The position numbers and the translations under genes were made by a program. A DNA stretch of 64,000 nt. It comes from Longimicrobiales bacterium. Lineage in GTDB: Bacteria > Gemmatimonadota > Gemmatimonadetes > Longimicrobiales > Gaopeijiaceae. The notes below the pieces were generated by a model that was given only the letters and a program-made list of their open reading frames with translations, searched no databases and had not been told where the DNA came from. Position 1 is the stretch's first letter; each line of letters opens with the position of its first letter. Positions 1 through 8,184 of this stretch are shown piece after piece. Where the stretch lies: assembly GCA_965198065.1 (NCBI GenBank), contig CBDAON010000004.1, positions 2,144,001 through 2,208,000 of the forward strand. Direction: 5' to 3'.

Positions 1-96
1 TTCGGTCAGTCGGGCGATCTGGACGACCTCTATCGTCACTTCGCGATCGACGCGGACACGATCGTGGGAGCGGCGCTCGACGTTCTGGAACTCTGA
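1..96 (+). CDS. 3' end of a pyruvate dehydrogenase E1 / transketolase-family protein (partial)
   Basis: Frame 1 reads FGQSGDLDDLYRHFAIDADTIVGAALDVLEL*, the typical C-terminus of transketolase-like/AceE E1 subunits. Confidence 0.7.
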   Translation, partial: FGQSGDLDDLYRHFAIDADTIVGAALDVLEL

Positions 97-166
97 CGGC
101 GGCTTTCAGCTCGCGTTGTCCGTAGCGCCGCCGTCGGTCGTGCCGGGCAGCGTCGTCGGCGACCCG

Positions 167-1363
167 TCAGAGCTTTGCCAAGAAATCGGCGAGGCGGCGG
201 AGCGCCTCCGCCAGATTCTCCCTCGAGTTCGCGAACGAGATCCGAGCGTAACCCTGGCCCTCCTTCCCGAACGAGGTGCCGGCCAGGAGGGACACGCCGG
301 CTTCGTAGAGGACGCGACTTTCGAACTCCTCGCTCGTGAGACCCGTTCCCTTGATGTTCGGAAAGGCGTAAAACGCCCCGCGGGGCGGCTGGCACGAGAT
401 CCCTGGAAGGGTGTTGAGCCCGGCGAGCAGGAGGTCCCGGCGCGCCCGGAACTCAGCGACCATCTCCCGTACGGGTTCCTGCGACCCCATGAGCGCCGTG
501 ACCGTAGCGCGCTGACTGAACGCGGCCGTGCACGAGACGCTGTTCGTCACGAGCCGGACGACCGGCTCCACCAGAACCTCGGGGAAGACCCCGTACCCGA
601 CCCGCCAGCCCGTCATCGCGTAGCTCTTCGAGAGGCCGTCCAAGACGACGGTGCGCTCGGGCATTCCGGGGAACCGCGTGATCGAGGTGTGGGCGCCCTC
701 GAAGTGGAAGTCCTTATAGATCTCGTCGCTCAAGACGAACGCGTCGGACGCGCTCGCGAGCCTCGCGATCCGCTCGAGCGTCTCGTCGGGGACAACGCTT
801 CCACACGGATTGTTGGGAGAGTTCAGGATCACGAGCCGCGTGCGCGGCGTGAAGAGCCCAGCCAGGTCGTCGGGGTCGGGATTGAATCCCAGCTCCTCGC
901 GAAGACGCATGGGCACCGGCGTGGCACCGGAGAACCGGATCATGGACTCGTAGATCGGAAAGCCGGGATCCGGATAGACGACCTCGTCCCCCTCCTCGCA
1001 GACCCCGAGAATCGTGAAGAACATGACCGGCTTGGCGCCTGGCGTGACGACTACCCGACTCTCCGGGACGGGGTACCCGAGGCGCTCCCCCATGTGGGAC
1101 GCGATCGCGGATCGCACGTCCGCGAGCCCAGGGGCCGGCGTATAGTGCGTGAACCCTTCGTCCAGCGCTTTCTTGGCACCCGCCACGATATGCGGGGGCG
1201 TGTCGAAATCGGGCTCCCCAATGCCAAGGAAGACGATCGAACGCCCCTCCGCCTCTAGGGCCCTGGCCCTGGCGAGCGCCTCGAACGCCGTCTCCGTTCC
1301 GAGGCGGGACATGCGGGTGGCGAGCTTGGCTCCGGTCACGGTGTCTTCACGCGGGCGAGGCAT
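167..1363 (-). CDS. PLP-dependent class I/II aminotransferase (aspartate aminotransferase-like)
   Basis: Motifs GEPDF, NSPNNPCG, SDEIY, SKSYAMTGWRVG. True start may be a few codons downstream. Confidence 0.92.
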   Translation of the reverse strand: MPRPREDTVTGAKLATRMSRLGTETAFEALARARALEAEGRSIVFLGIGEPDFDTPPHIVAGAKKALDEGFTHYTPAPGLADVRSAIASHMGERLGYPVPESRVVVTPGAKPVMFFTILGVCEEGDEVVYPDPGFPIYESMIRFSGATPVPMRLREELGFNPDPDDLAGLFTPRTRLVILNSPNNPCGSVVPDETLERIARLASASDAFVLSDEIYKDFHFEGAHTSITRFPGMPERTVVLDGLSKSYAMTGWRVGYGVFPEVLVEPVVRLVTNSVSCTAAFSQRATVTALMGSQEPVREMVAEFRARRDLLLAGLNTLPGISCQPPRGAFYAFPNIKGTGLTSEEFESRVLYEAGVSLLAGTSFGKEGQGYARISFANSRENLAEALRRLADFLAKL

Positions 1364-1403
1364 CCGGCGGGCTCCCGGCCGACGGGCTGAGTCGTCTCGC
1401 GGT

Positions 1404-1895
1404 TTAGAGGAGGACGTGGGGGCCCCGCGATATCACGAGCGGCCCGCTCCGGACGACGGAGAGGAGCAGGACCCCCTGGGGAACCGACTCGATCAGGGCA
1501 TCGACCTGCCTCTCAGTCCCCGTGACCTCGAGCGTGAATTGGGACGGATCGTCGTCTAGGATCGTCGCCCCGAAATTCCTCATGAGCGCTCGGAATCCAT
1601 CGATCGCGGCCGGGCTCACCTGGAACTTGAGCAGCCCCAACTCCCTCTCGACGTGATCCGTGGACGTTCGGTCCGCGATGGCGACCACGTCGATGAGCTT
1701 GGCGAGCTGCTTGCTCATCTGGCTGATCACATCTTCCGTGCCGTTCGTCACCAGCGTGAGCCGGGAGACCGTCTCATCGTCCGTGGGCGCGACGCTCAGG
1801 GACTCGATGTTGAACCCGCGGCTCGCGAACATCGAAGCCACTCTCGCGAGAGCTCCGCTTTCGTTCTGTAGAAGAATCGAGAGGATGTGTCGCAT
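1404..1895 (-). CDS. ilvN: Acetolactate synthase small (regulatory) subunit
   Basis: MRHILSILLQNESGALARVASMFASRGFNIESLSVAPT ACT domain; KQLAKLIDV and ERELGLLK motifs; 163 aa from the ATG at 1895. Confidence 0.93.
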   Translation of the reverse strand: MRHILSILLQNESGALARVASMFASRGFNIESLSVAPTDDETVSRLTLVTNGTEDVISQMSKQLAKLIDVVAIADRTSTDHVERELGLLKFQVSPAAIDGFRALMRNFGATILDDDPSQFTLEVTGTERQVDALIESVPQGVLLLSVVRSGPLVISRGPHVLL

Positions 1896-2024
1896 GGCCG
1901 GGATAGTCGCTGGGCGGTCGGTCGCTCGCAACGGCGACCCAGCCCAGCCCGGGCCGGGCCCTCGTCCCCTCCGGTCCATCCCGTCGGGTCGCAGACGGGC
2001 CCGGTTTCGGGTTACTATCCGGGA

Positions 2025-3881
2025 ATGTCCGCCCCTGCAACCGTGAGCACCGCCCGGCGTCACCGGCTCGCCGGCACCCGCATGACGGGTGCCGAGATGA
2101 TCGTGCAGATCCTCGTGGACGAAGAGGTCGAGGTCATGTTCGGGTATTCGGGCGGCGCCATCCTCCCCACGTACGACGCGGTCTTTCGCTACAACGCGGC
2201 CAGCGAGAGCGAGGGGAGGTGGTCCATCCGCCTGGTCGTTCCGGCGAACGAGCAGGGGGCCGGCTTCATGGCCGCCGGTTACGCGAGGGCTTCCGGGAAG
2301 GTCGGGGTCGTCATGGTGACCTCCGGGCCCGGGGCCACGAACACGGTGACGCCCGTTCGTGACTGCCTGGCCGATTCGGTTCCCATCGTCGTGATAACGG
2401 GCCAGGTCCCGACCGCTGCCGTGGGCACGGACGCGTTCCAAGAGGCGCCGGTCTCGGCCATCATGGGTGCGGGGGTGGCCAAGCACATCTTCCTGGTGAC
2501 GGACCCCACCCGCCTGGAGACGACCGTCCGCACGGCGTTCGAGATCGCGCGGACCGGGCGGCCGGGTCCGGTGGTCGTGGACGTTCCCAAGGACGTCCAG
2601 AACTGGGAGGGGGTGTTCCAGGGAGAGGGAGCGCTACCCATTCCCGGATATCGGCGGCGGTTGGCGGCCGTCGAGACGAGCGAGCTCACGGAAGCGCAAT
2701 GCGACGAGCTCTTAGACTTCCTCGAGAACAGCCGGCGCCCGATGATCTATGCGGGTGGGGGCGTGATCAACGCGGGAGCGGCGGAGGAGCTGGGGGAGCT
2801 GGCGCGGGCGTTTCGAATCCCGGTCGTCACGACGCTCATGGGGATCGGCTGCTTCGACACGACGGATCCCCTTTGCCTTCGCATGCTGGGGATGCACGGG
2901 GCGGCGTTCGCGAATTACGCCGTGGACGACTGTGACTTCCTGATTGCCGCCGGATCCCGTTTCGACGACCGCGTGGCCGGAGTCCCCGACAAGTTCGCGA
3001 GGAACGCGCAGCGCATCGCGCACTTCGACGTGGATCCGTCGGAGATCCACAAGGTCAAGCGGGTAGACTGGCACTTTGTCGGGGATCTGGCGCGGGCGCT
3101 CCGTCGGCTCACCGAGTACGGTCGCGCGCGTGGCTTCCGGGGCGACTTCGACGGGTGGTTGAGAGAGGTCGAGGAGCTCAAGGCCAGGTACGCGTTCAAC
3201 TACGACCGGGCGAGCCCTCTCGTCCAACCCCAGTACGTGATCGAGGCGATCAATCGAATCACGAAGGGGGAGGCAATCATCAGCACCGGGGTGGGCCAGC
3301 ACCAGATGTGGGCGGCGCAGTACTTCGACTTCCGAACCCCCCGCCTCTGGCTCACCTCCGGGAGCATGGGAACGATGGGGTTCGGCCTGCCCGCTGCGGT
3401 CGGCGCCCAGTGCGCGCACCCCGAACGTACCGTCATCGACATGGACGGAGACGCGAGTATCCGCATGAACCTTGGGGAGCTCGAGACCGTCACCACCTAC
3501 GACCTTCCCGTGAAGATCATCGTGATGAACAACTTCGGGGACGGGATGGTGAAGCAGTGGCAGAAGCTCTTTTTCAAGGGACGGCTCTCGGCGAGCGACA
3601 AGTCACTCCACAAGAAGGACTTCGTCAGGGCCGCGGAGGCAGACGGATTCCCCTGGGCCCGGAGGCTCGAGCGGAAGGAGGAAGTGGTGTCCCTCACGCG
3701 GGAGTTCATCGAGTTCGAGGGTCCGGCCTTCCTGGAGGTCATGATCGATCCCGACGCCGGGGTCTACCCTATGGTGGGTCCGGGGCAGTCGTACGAGGGC
3801 ATGATCACGGGAGACTTCATTCCCGATCGGTCCGCCGGCGGTGACGAACCGACCCCGCCCGACGCGTCGGAGATGTTCTGA
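2025..3881 (+). CDS. ilvB: Acetolactate synthase large (catalytic) subunit
   Basis: FGYSGGAILP, TSGPGATN, GTDAFQE, GRPGPVVVDVPKD, GVGQHQMW and the ThDP-binding GDAS...NN motif. Confidence 0.95.
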   Translation: MSAPATVSTARRHRLAGTRMTGAEMIVQILVDEEVEVMFGYSGGAILPTYDAVFRYNAASESEGRWSIRLVVPANEQGAGFMAAGYARASGKVGVVMVTSGPGATNTVTPVRDCLADSVPIVVITGQVPTAAVGTDAFQEAPVSAIMGAGVAKHIFLVTDPTRLETTVRTAFEIARTGRPGPVVVDVPKDVQNWEGVFQGEGALPIPGYRRRLAAVETSELTEAQCDELLDFLENSRRPMIYAGGGVINAGAAEELGELARAFRIPVVTTLMGIGCFDTTDPLCLRMLGMHGAAFANYAVDDCDFLIAAGSRFDDRVAGVPDKFARNAQRIAHFDVDPSEIHKVKRVDWHFVGDLARALRRLTEYGRARGFRGDFDGWLREVEELKARYAFNYDRASPLVQPQYVIEAINRITKGEAIISTGVGQHQMWAAQYFDFRTPRLWLTSGSMGTMGFGLPAAVGAQCAHPERTVIDMDGDASIRMNLGELETVTTYDLPVKIIVMNNFGDGMVKQWQKLFFKGRLSASDKSLHKKDFVRAAEADGFPWARRLERKEEVVSLTREFIEFEGPAFLEVMIDPDAGVYPMVGPGQSYEGMITGDFIPDRSAGGDEPTPPDASEMF

Positions 3882-3914
3882 AGGCGGCGCTCCCCTGACA
3901 AAGCAGCAATCCTG

Positions 3915-4237
3915 AAAGCAGGAGCCCTCCGGGTGCTCACGTTCCACCCGGAGGGCTCACAGTGCGCTGGCGGGGTAGAACCGGGTTCTTTCAGGAGCCG
4001 CCCACGTGAGGGCGGTCGGCTCTCCCCTTCCTTTTCCCTCTCTACGCGCGGTCCACGTGATCGGGTCCCCCGAGCTCTCGGGGGTGCCAGTGGAGACCAG
4101 CGACCTCTCCACTCTCAGTCGGGACTCCTGCATCCCTCCTGATTCCGCCGCGACGGCGTCCCGCCCAACGGCTGCTCCTCCGAGTCCGTCTCAGGATGAC
4201 CATCGCCACCCGTTCGACGGGCCGCACCCGGAGTGTA
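3915..4237 (-). ncRNA. Candidate structured non-coding RNA of unknown family
   Basis: Intergenic gap of ~430 nt with at least five hairpins, long-range complementary segments, a minus-strand TACACT -10-like box (4232-4237) and a terminal hairpin. Strand is inferred. Confidence 0.35.
3922..3958. terminator. Perfect 14-bp hairpin downstream of ilvB (possible bidirectional terminator)
   Basis: GAGCCCTCCGGGTG (3922-3935) and CACCCGGAGGGCTC (3945-3958); followed by CTGCTTT on the minus strand. Confidence 0.6.
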
Positions 4238-4312
4238 ACGACCATCATCGGCACCCCGATTCGATGTCAAGAAATTTCTGTCTCTACACCGGGGTGATAG
4301 CTTGAAAGCGCC

Positions 4313-6682
4313 ATGTCGCTCGAGATCGTTCTGGCGCTGGCCGTTCTCCTGGCGGCGAGCGCGCTGCTCGCTACGGGCCTGCTCCGGGCCGACGTGGTCG
4401 GGCTTCTCGTCGTCGTCGTCGTCGCGACTCTCGGGCTCGTGCCCGCCGACCGCGCCCTGGCCGGGTTCGCCAATCCGGCGGTGCTGACCTTCGGCGGGAT
4501 GTTCGTGCTGTCGGCCGGGCTCTCCCGCACGGGCGTCGCGGAGTGGTTGGGGGCGTGGATGCTCAAGAGGGCCGGGGGCGGCGAGGTCCGGCTGATCGTC
4601 GCCGTGACCGTGGTCTCGGGCGTTCTCTCCGGGTTCATGAACAACGTGGGCGTCGCGGCGATGATGCTCCCTGTGGTCGTGACGATCGCGCGAAGGAGCG
4701 GCCTTTCCCCCTCGAAGCTCCTCATCCCGATGGCGCTCGGGGCACAGCTGGGGGGGGTCACCACGCTCGTGGGAACGTCCCCGAACCTGCTCGCCGCCGA
4801 CGCGCTCCGTCAGGCGGGCCTCGAGTCCTTCGAGCTCTTCTCCTTCACTCCCGTCGGTCTCGCCCTACTGGGCGCGGGCACGATCCTCATCGCCCTGATC
4901 GGGCCGCGCGTCCTGCCTGACCGGGAGCCTCAGGACGTTGGAAGCGAGGTGGACCGCTCTGGAATCCGGAGCGACGTCGAGCTCGGCGAGCGTCTCTTTC
5001 ATCTCGTCGTGCCAGCGCATTCTCCGCTGGACGGAAGGACGCTGGCCGACTCCCTCATCGACTCGGCTCTGGGCGTTCACGTGCTCGCGATCCGGCGGGA
5101 CGGCGAGACCCTGAGGGCGCCGGGACCGGAAGCCGTGCTCCGCGGTGGCGACCGCATCGTCGTGCAGGGTCGCCCGGATTTCTTCCTGGAGCTCCGAGGG
5201 CGAAGGCACCTTGCCCCCGACCAGCCGGGCATGTCTCCCCGCTGGCTCGAGTCGGAGGAGATCGGGCTTGTTCGGGCCAACGTGGCTCCCGGCTCGCGCT
5301 ACGTGGGGAGGACCGCGGCCGACCTGGACCTCAGAGCACAGGAGGGCGTGCTCGTACTGGCGCTCCGACGGGGCACACAGTTCCAGCGCCGAACCCACTT
5401 CGTGGACACGCCGCTTCGCGTGGGTGACGAGCTGCTCCTCCAGGGCCCCCGCTCCCGTTTGTCCGAGCTCACGACCGGGCCCGAGCTCGCCGACGTGGCT
5501 CCGCTCGGCGCCGAGGAATCGGTGCGCGAGTTCGGTCTCGCCGATCGTCTCTGGGCGCTCAGGGTCACGGCGGACTCCCTGCTCGCCGGACGGGCGCTCG
5601 GTGACACGCGCCTCGGCGACGCCGTGGGATTCCGGGTGCTCGCGGTCGCGCGGGACACGGACCCGGAAGATCGGGGGGTTTGCCTCCTTCCGGGTCCGGA
5701 TTTCGTGCTCCAGGCCGATGACCATCTGATGGTGAAGGCTCGCCCCGAGGACATGGTGGTCCTGCGTGGGCTCCAGCGGCTAGAGCTGGACCTGGACTCG
5801 GCCGTCGATCCGGAGCTGCTCGAGGGGAGCGACGCAGGGTTCGTCGAGGCCGTCCTCGCCCCACGGAGCTCGCTCGTGGGGAAGACGCTCCGCCAGGTGA
5901 ACTTCCGGGGGCGATTCGGCCTCCACGTCGTCGCGATCGTGCGCGAGGGAGGAGTGGTGCGGGCGAACCTGAGGGACCAGGAGCTCCATTTCGGGGACGC
6001 CCTCCTCCTCTACGGGCCCAACCGGCACCAGCGCGCTCTGACGCGGGAGCCGGATCTGATCCTGCTCCAGGCGCCCGAGGGGGAGGAGCCCTCCGTGCGG
6101 CTGGCTCCCCTGTCCCTCCTGGTGACTGCCGGCGTGCTCCTTCCCGTTATCGCGGGCTGGGTGCCCGTGGCGATCGGGGTTCTCGGCGGCGCCGCCCTCA
6201 TGGTGCTCACGCGCTGTCTCACGCCGGACGAAGCGTACCGCTCCGTCGAGTGGCCCGCGCTCATCCTGGTCGCGGGCATGCTCTCGCTAGGGGCTGCGCT
6301 CGGCGAAACGGGAGGGGCGGATCTCCTCGGAGAGGTGCTCCTCGATTCGGTGGGTGGAGTCGGACCCCACGCCGTGCTCGCCGTGCTCGTGCTTCTCACC
6401 GCCGTGCTCGGACAGCTAATCCCCGCGACAGTGGTTGTGGTCCTCATGGCCCCGATCGCGATCAACGGGGCGGAACAGCTGGGCGCGTCCGCCCAGCCGT
6501 TCGTCATGAGTGTCGCCATCGCCGCGACGACGCTGGCTTCTCCGGTCGCCCACCCGGTGCACGCACTGGTCATGGCTCCCGCAGGCTACCGCATCGGGGA
6601 CTTCCTCAAGCTCGGGCTCCCGGTCACGGCCCTGGTGCTGGCGCTCACGATCCTCGTCACCCCCCTCTTCTTTCCGTTCTGA
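4313..6682 (+). CDS. SLC13/CitMHS-family permease with tandem TrkA-C (RCK-C) domains
   Basis: AGFANPAV, SGFMNNVG, GGVTTLVGTSPNLL, C-terminal GYRIGDFLKLG; four internal SxLxGxxL...GD repeats. Confidence 0.9.
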   Translation: MSLEIVLALAVLLAASALLATGLLRADVVGLLVVVVVATLGLVPADRALAGFANPAVLTFGGMFVLSAGLSRTGVAEWLGAWMLKRAGGGEVRLIVAVTVVSGVLSGFMNNVGVAAMMLPVVVTIARRSGLSPSKLLIPMALGAQLGGVTTLVGTSPNLLAADALRQAGLESFELFSFTPVGLALLGAGTILIALIGPRVLPDREPQDVGSEVDRSGIRSDVELGERLFHLVVPAHSPLDGRTLADSLIDSALGVHVLAIRRDGETLRAPGPEAVLRGGDRIVVQGRPDFFLELRGRRHLAPDQPGMSPRWLESEEIGLVRANVAPGSRYVGRTAADLDLRAQEGVLVLALRRGTQFQRRTHFVDTPLRVGDELLLQGPRSRLSELTTGPELADVAPLGAEESVREFGLADRLWALRVTADSLLAGRALGDTRLGDAVGFRVLAVARDTDPEDRGVCLLPGPDFVLQADDHLMVKARPEDMVVLRGLQRLELDLDSAVDPELLEGSDAGFVEAVLAPRSSLVGKTLRQVNFRGRFGLHVVAIVREGGVVRANLRDQELHFGDALLLYGPNRHQRALTREPDLILLQAPEGEEPSVRLAPLSLLVTAGVLLPVIAGWVPVAIGVLGGAALMVLTRCLTPDEAYRSVEWPALILVAGMLSLGAALGETGGADLLGEVLLDSVGGVGPHAVLAVLVLLTAVLGQLIPATVVVVLMAPIAINGAEQLGASAQPFVMSVAIAATTLASPVAHPVHALVMAPAGYRIGDFLKLGLPVTALVLALTILVTPLFFPF

Positions 6683-6744
6683 GCGTGCGGACGCCTTCCA
6701 ATCCTCGGGGCGGCCGCCGCTCGCGGGGTCCCGCCTCCGTCCGC

Positions 6745-6770
6745 GTCACATCGCCTCCCGCTCGTTCGTT
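6745..6770 (+). promoter_or_regulatory. Candidate ECF sigma autoregulatory promoter GTCACA-N16-CGTT
   Basis: Motif lies ~55 nt upstream of the ECF start and resembles TGTCACA-n16-CGTC-type ECF promoters. Confidence 0.4.
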
Positions 6771-6824
6771 CCAGTTGGGAGGGGGAGGGGACGGCCCGAT
6801 CCCACCGCGGACGGCCGATCGCAC

Positions 6825-7316
6825 GTGAGCTTCGACGAGCTGTTCGACGCCGTCTATCCGGAGCTGTTCCGGTACTGCGTGCGGCTGACCGGGGACGGCG
6901 ACGTAGCCGAAGACGTGGCTCAGGAGGCGTTCGTTCGGCTCCTGGACCGGAACGTTCGAGGGGATCCGGCAGGACTCCGGGCGTGGCTCTTCAAGGTCGC
7001 TACGCACCTGGTTCGCGATCGGGTCAAGGTGAATCGGAACAGAGAGCGGCTCCTGGAGCGGACCCCAGTTCATCCGGAGCCCGCCGAGCTGCCGGACCGG
7101 GTGGTGGAACGAGAGGAGCTCAGGAGCGAGGTCCGCGCGGCGCTGGACTCTTTGGACGAGCGGGATCGTACGCTCCTCCTCATGCGGGAGGAGGGGTTCG
7201 ACTACCGTGAGCTTGCGGAGGCGATCGGGGTGCAGACGTCTTCCATCGGCACGCTCTTGGTCCGCGCGAGAGGCCGGTTCATGGAAGCCATGGACGCGCG
7301 AGGGCAGAGCGCCTAG
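6825..7316 (+). CDS. ECF-type RNA polymerase sigma-70 factor
   Basis: AEDVAQEAFVRL, AWLFKVATHL (region 2); GFDYRELAEAIGV...GTLLVRAR (region 4); GTG start. Confidence 0.92.
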   Translation: MSFDELFDAVYPELFRYCVRLTGDGDVAEDVAQEAFVRLLDRNVRGDPAGLRAWLFKVATHLVRDRVKVNRNRERLLERTPVHPEPAELPDRVVEREELRSEVRAALDSLDERDRTLLLMREEGFDYRELAEAIGVQTSSIGTLLVRARGRFMEAMDARGQSA

Positions 7317-7332
7317 GAGGATCGCGAGCGGC

Positions 7333-8172
7333 ATGATCAGCCATCCTGACCCCGGCACTCTCCAGGCCCGCCTGGACCGGGAGCTTGCGCCCGACGCGCA
7401 CGCGTCGGCGACGCGCCACGTCGAGGAATGCGCCGAATGCCGCGCGACCGAGGAGAGGCTTCGGGCGCTCGCACACGCGGTGACCGCGACGCTACCGCCG
7501 GTCGAGCTCTCCGGCCGGAGCCTGGGGCGCGCGCGGTGGGCCGTGCGAAGTCGGAGGCGCCATCGGGCTCGAGGGGAGCGAAGGGGACGGGTCGCGGTCG
7601 CCGCCTCGGTGCTCCTCCTCGTGGGGGCCGGTGCGGCGTCGGCCCTTCCGGCCTCGCCCCTTCGAGGCTGGTGGGAGGGGCTTCGCCGCCAGGAGCGCGT
7701 CGCTCCCGTCCCGGCCGTCCAGGTGGAGGACCCGATCCCCGTGACGGCACAACCGGGGGCGTCGGGAGTGGGGGTGCCTGTGGTCGATGGGCGGGTCCAG
7801 ATCCTCTTTGAGGACGTTCCGGCGGGCACGTTGCTCGAGGTGACGCTCGTCGTGGCCGAGCGGGCCTTTGCGGAGGCGCCGGCCGGAACGGAGTTCTCGG
7901 TCGAGGCGACGGCCGGCCGGGCGCGCGCGCTGGTGGGCTCGAGGCCGGGCCCGATTCGTGTGGCGCTTCCCATCGAAGCCCGGGACAGCGAGGTGCTCGT
8001 GAACGGCACCTCCCTTTACCCGCCTAGCGCGACCGCCGGGCCCACGGGAGCTCCCACGGGACCCGCCGGGCCTCGGTCGCTGTCGGCGGACGGGAGCCAG
8101 CCGTTCCGGATTCTGGTCCCCGTGGGCTCTCCAGCCCCTCCGACGGGGACCGGGTCCGGGGGCGGAGGGTAA
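7333..8172 (+). CDS. Zinc-binding (zf-HC2/ZAS) anti-sigma factor with TM helix and extracytoplasmic domain
   Basis: N-terminal H, HVEECAEC (HxxxCxxC), hydrophobic VAVAASVLLLVGAGAASAL; directly follows the ECF gene with a GGAGG RBS. Confidence 0.85.
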   Translation: MISHPDPGTLQARLDRELAPDAHASATRHVEECAECRATEERLRALAHAVTATLPPVELSGRSLGRARWAVRSRRRHRARGERRGRVAVAASVLLLVGAGAASALPASPLRGWWEGLRRQERVAPVPAVQVEDPIPVTAQPGASGVGVPVVDGRVQILFEDVPAGTLLEVTLVVAERAFAEAPAGTEFSVEATAGRARALVGSRPGPIRVALPIEARDSEVLVNGTSLYPPSATAGPTGAPTGPAGPRSLSADGSQPFRILVPVGSPAPPTGTGSGGGG

Positions 8173-8184
8173 GGACAAGGCCCG

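Noticed and set aside
1896..3920. ilvB as an invertible or misassembled segment
   Set aside because: I found no flanking inverted repeats or recombinase, and both divergent starts have their own -10-like boxes.
3960..4240. RNase P RNA, tmRNA or SRP RNA identity for the intergenic element
   Set aside because: GAACCCGG resembles the RNase P 3' end, but GAGGAAAGUCC is missing. There are no tRNA-like ends and no SRP GGAA loop motif.
4042..4254. Minus-strand Val/Ile/Leu-rich ORF (MPMMVVTLRVRPVERVAMVIL) as an ilv attenuator leader
   Set aside because: It lies downstream of and antisense to ilvB, is 70 aa long, and precedes no minus-strand ilv gene.
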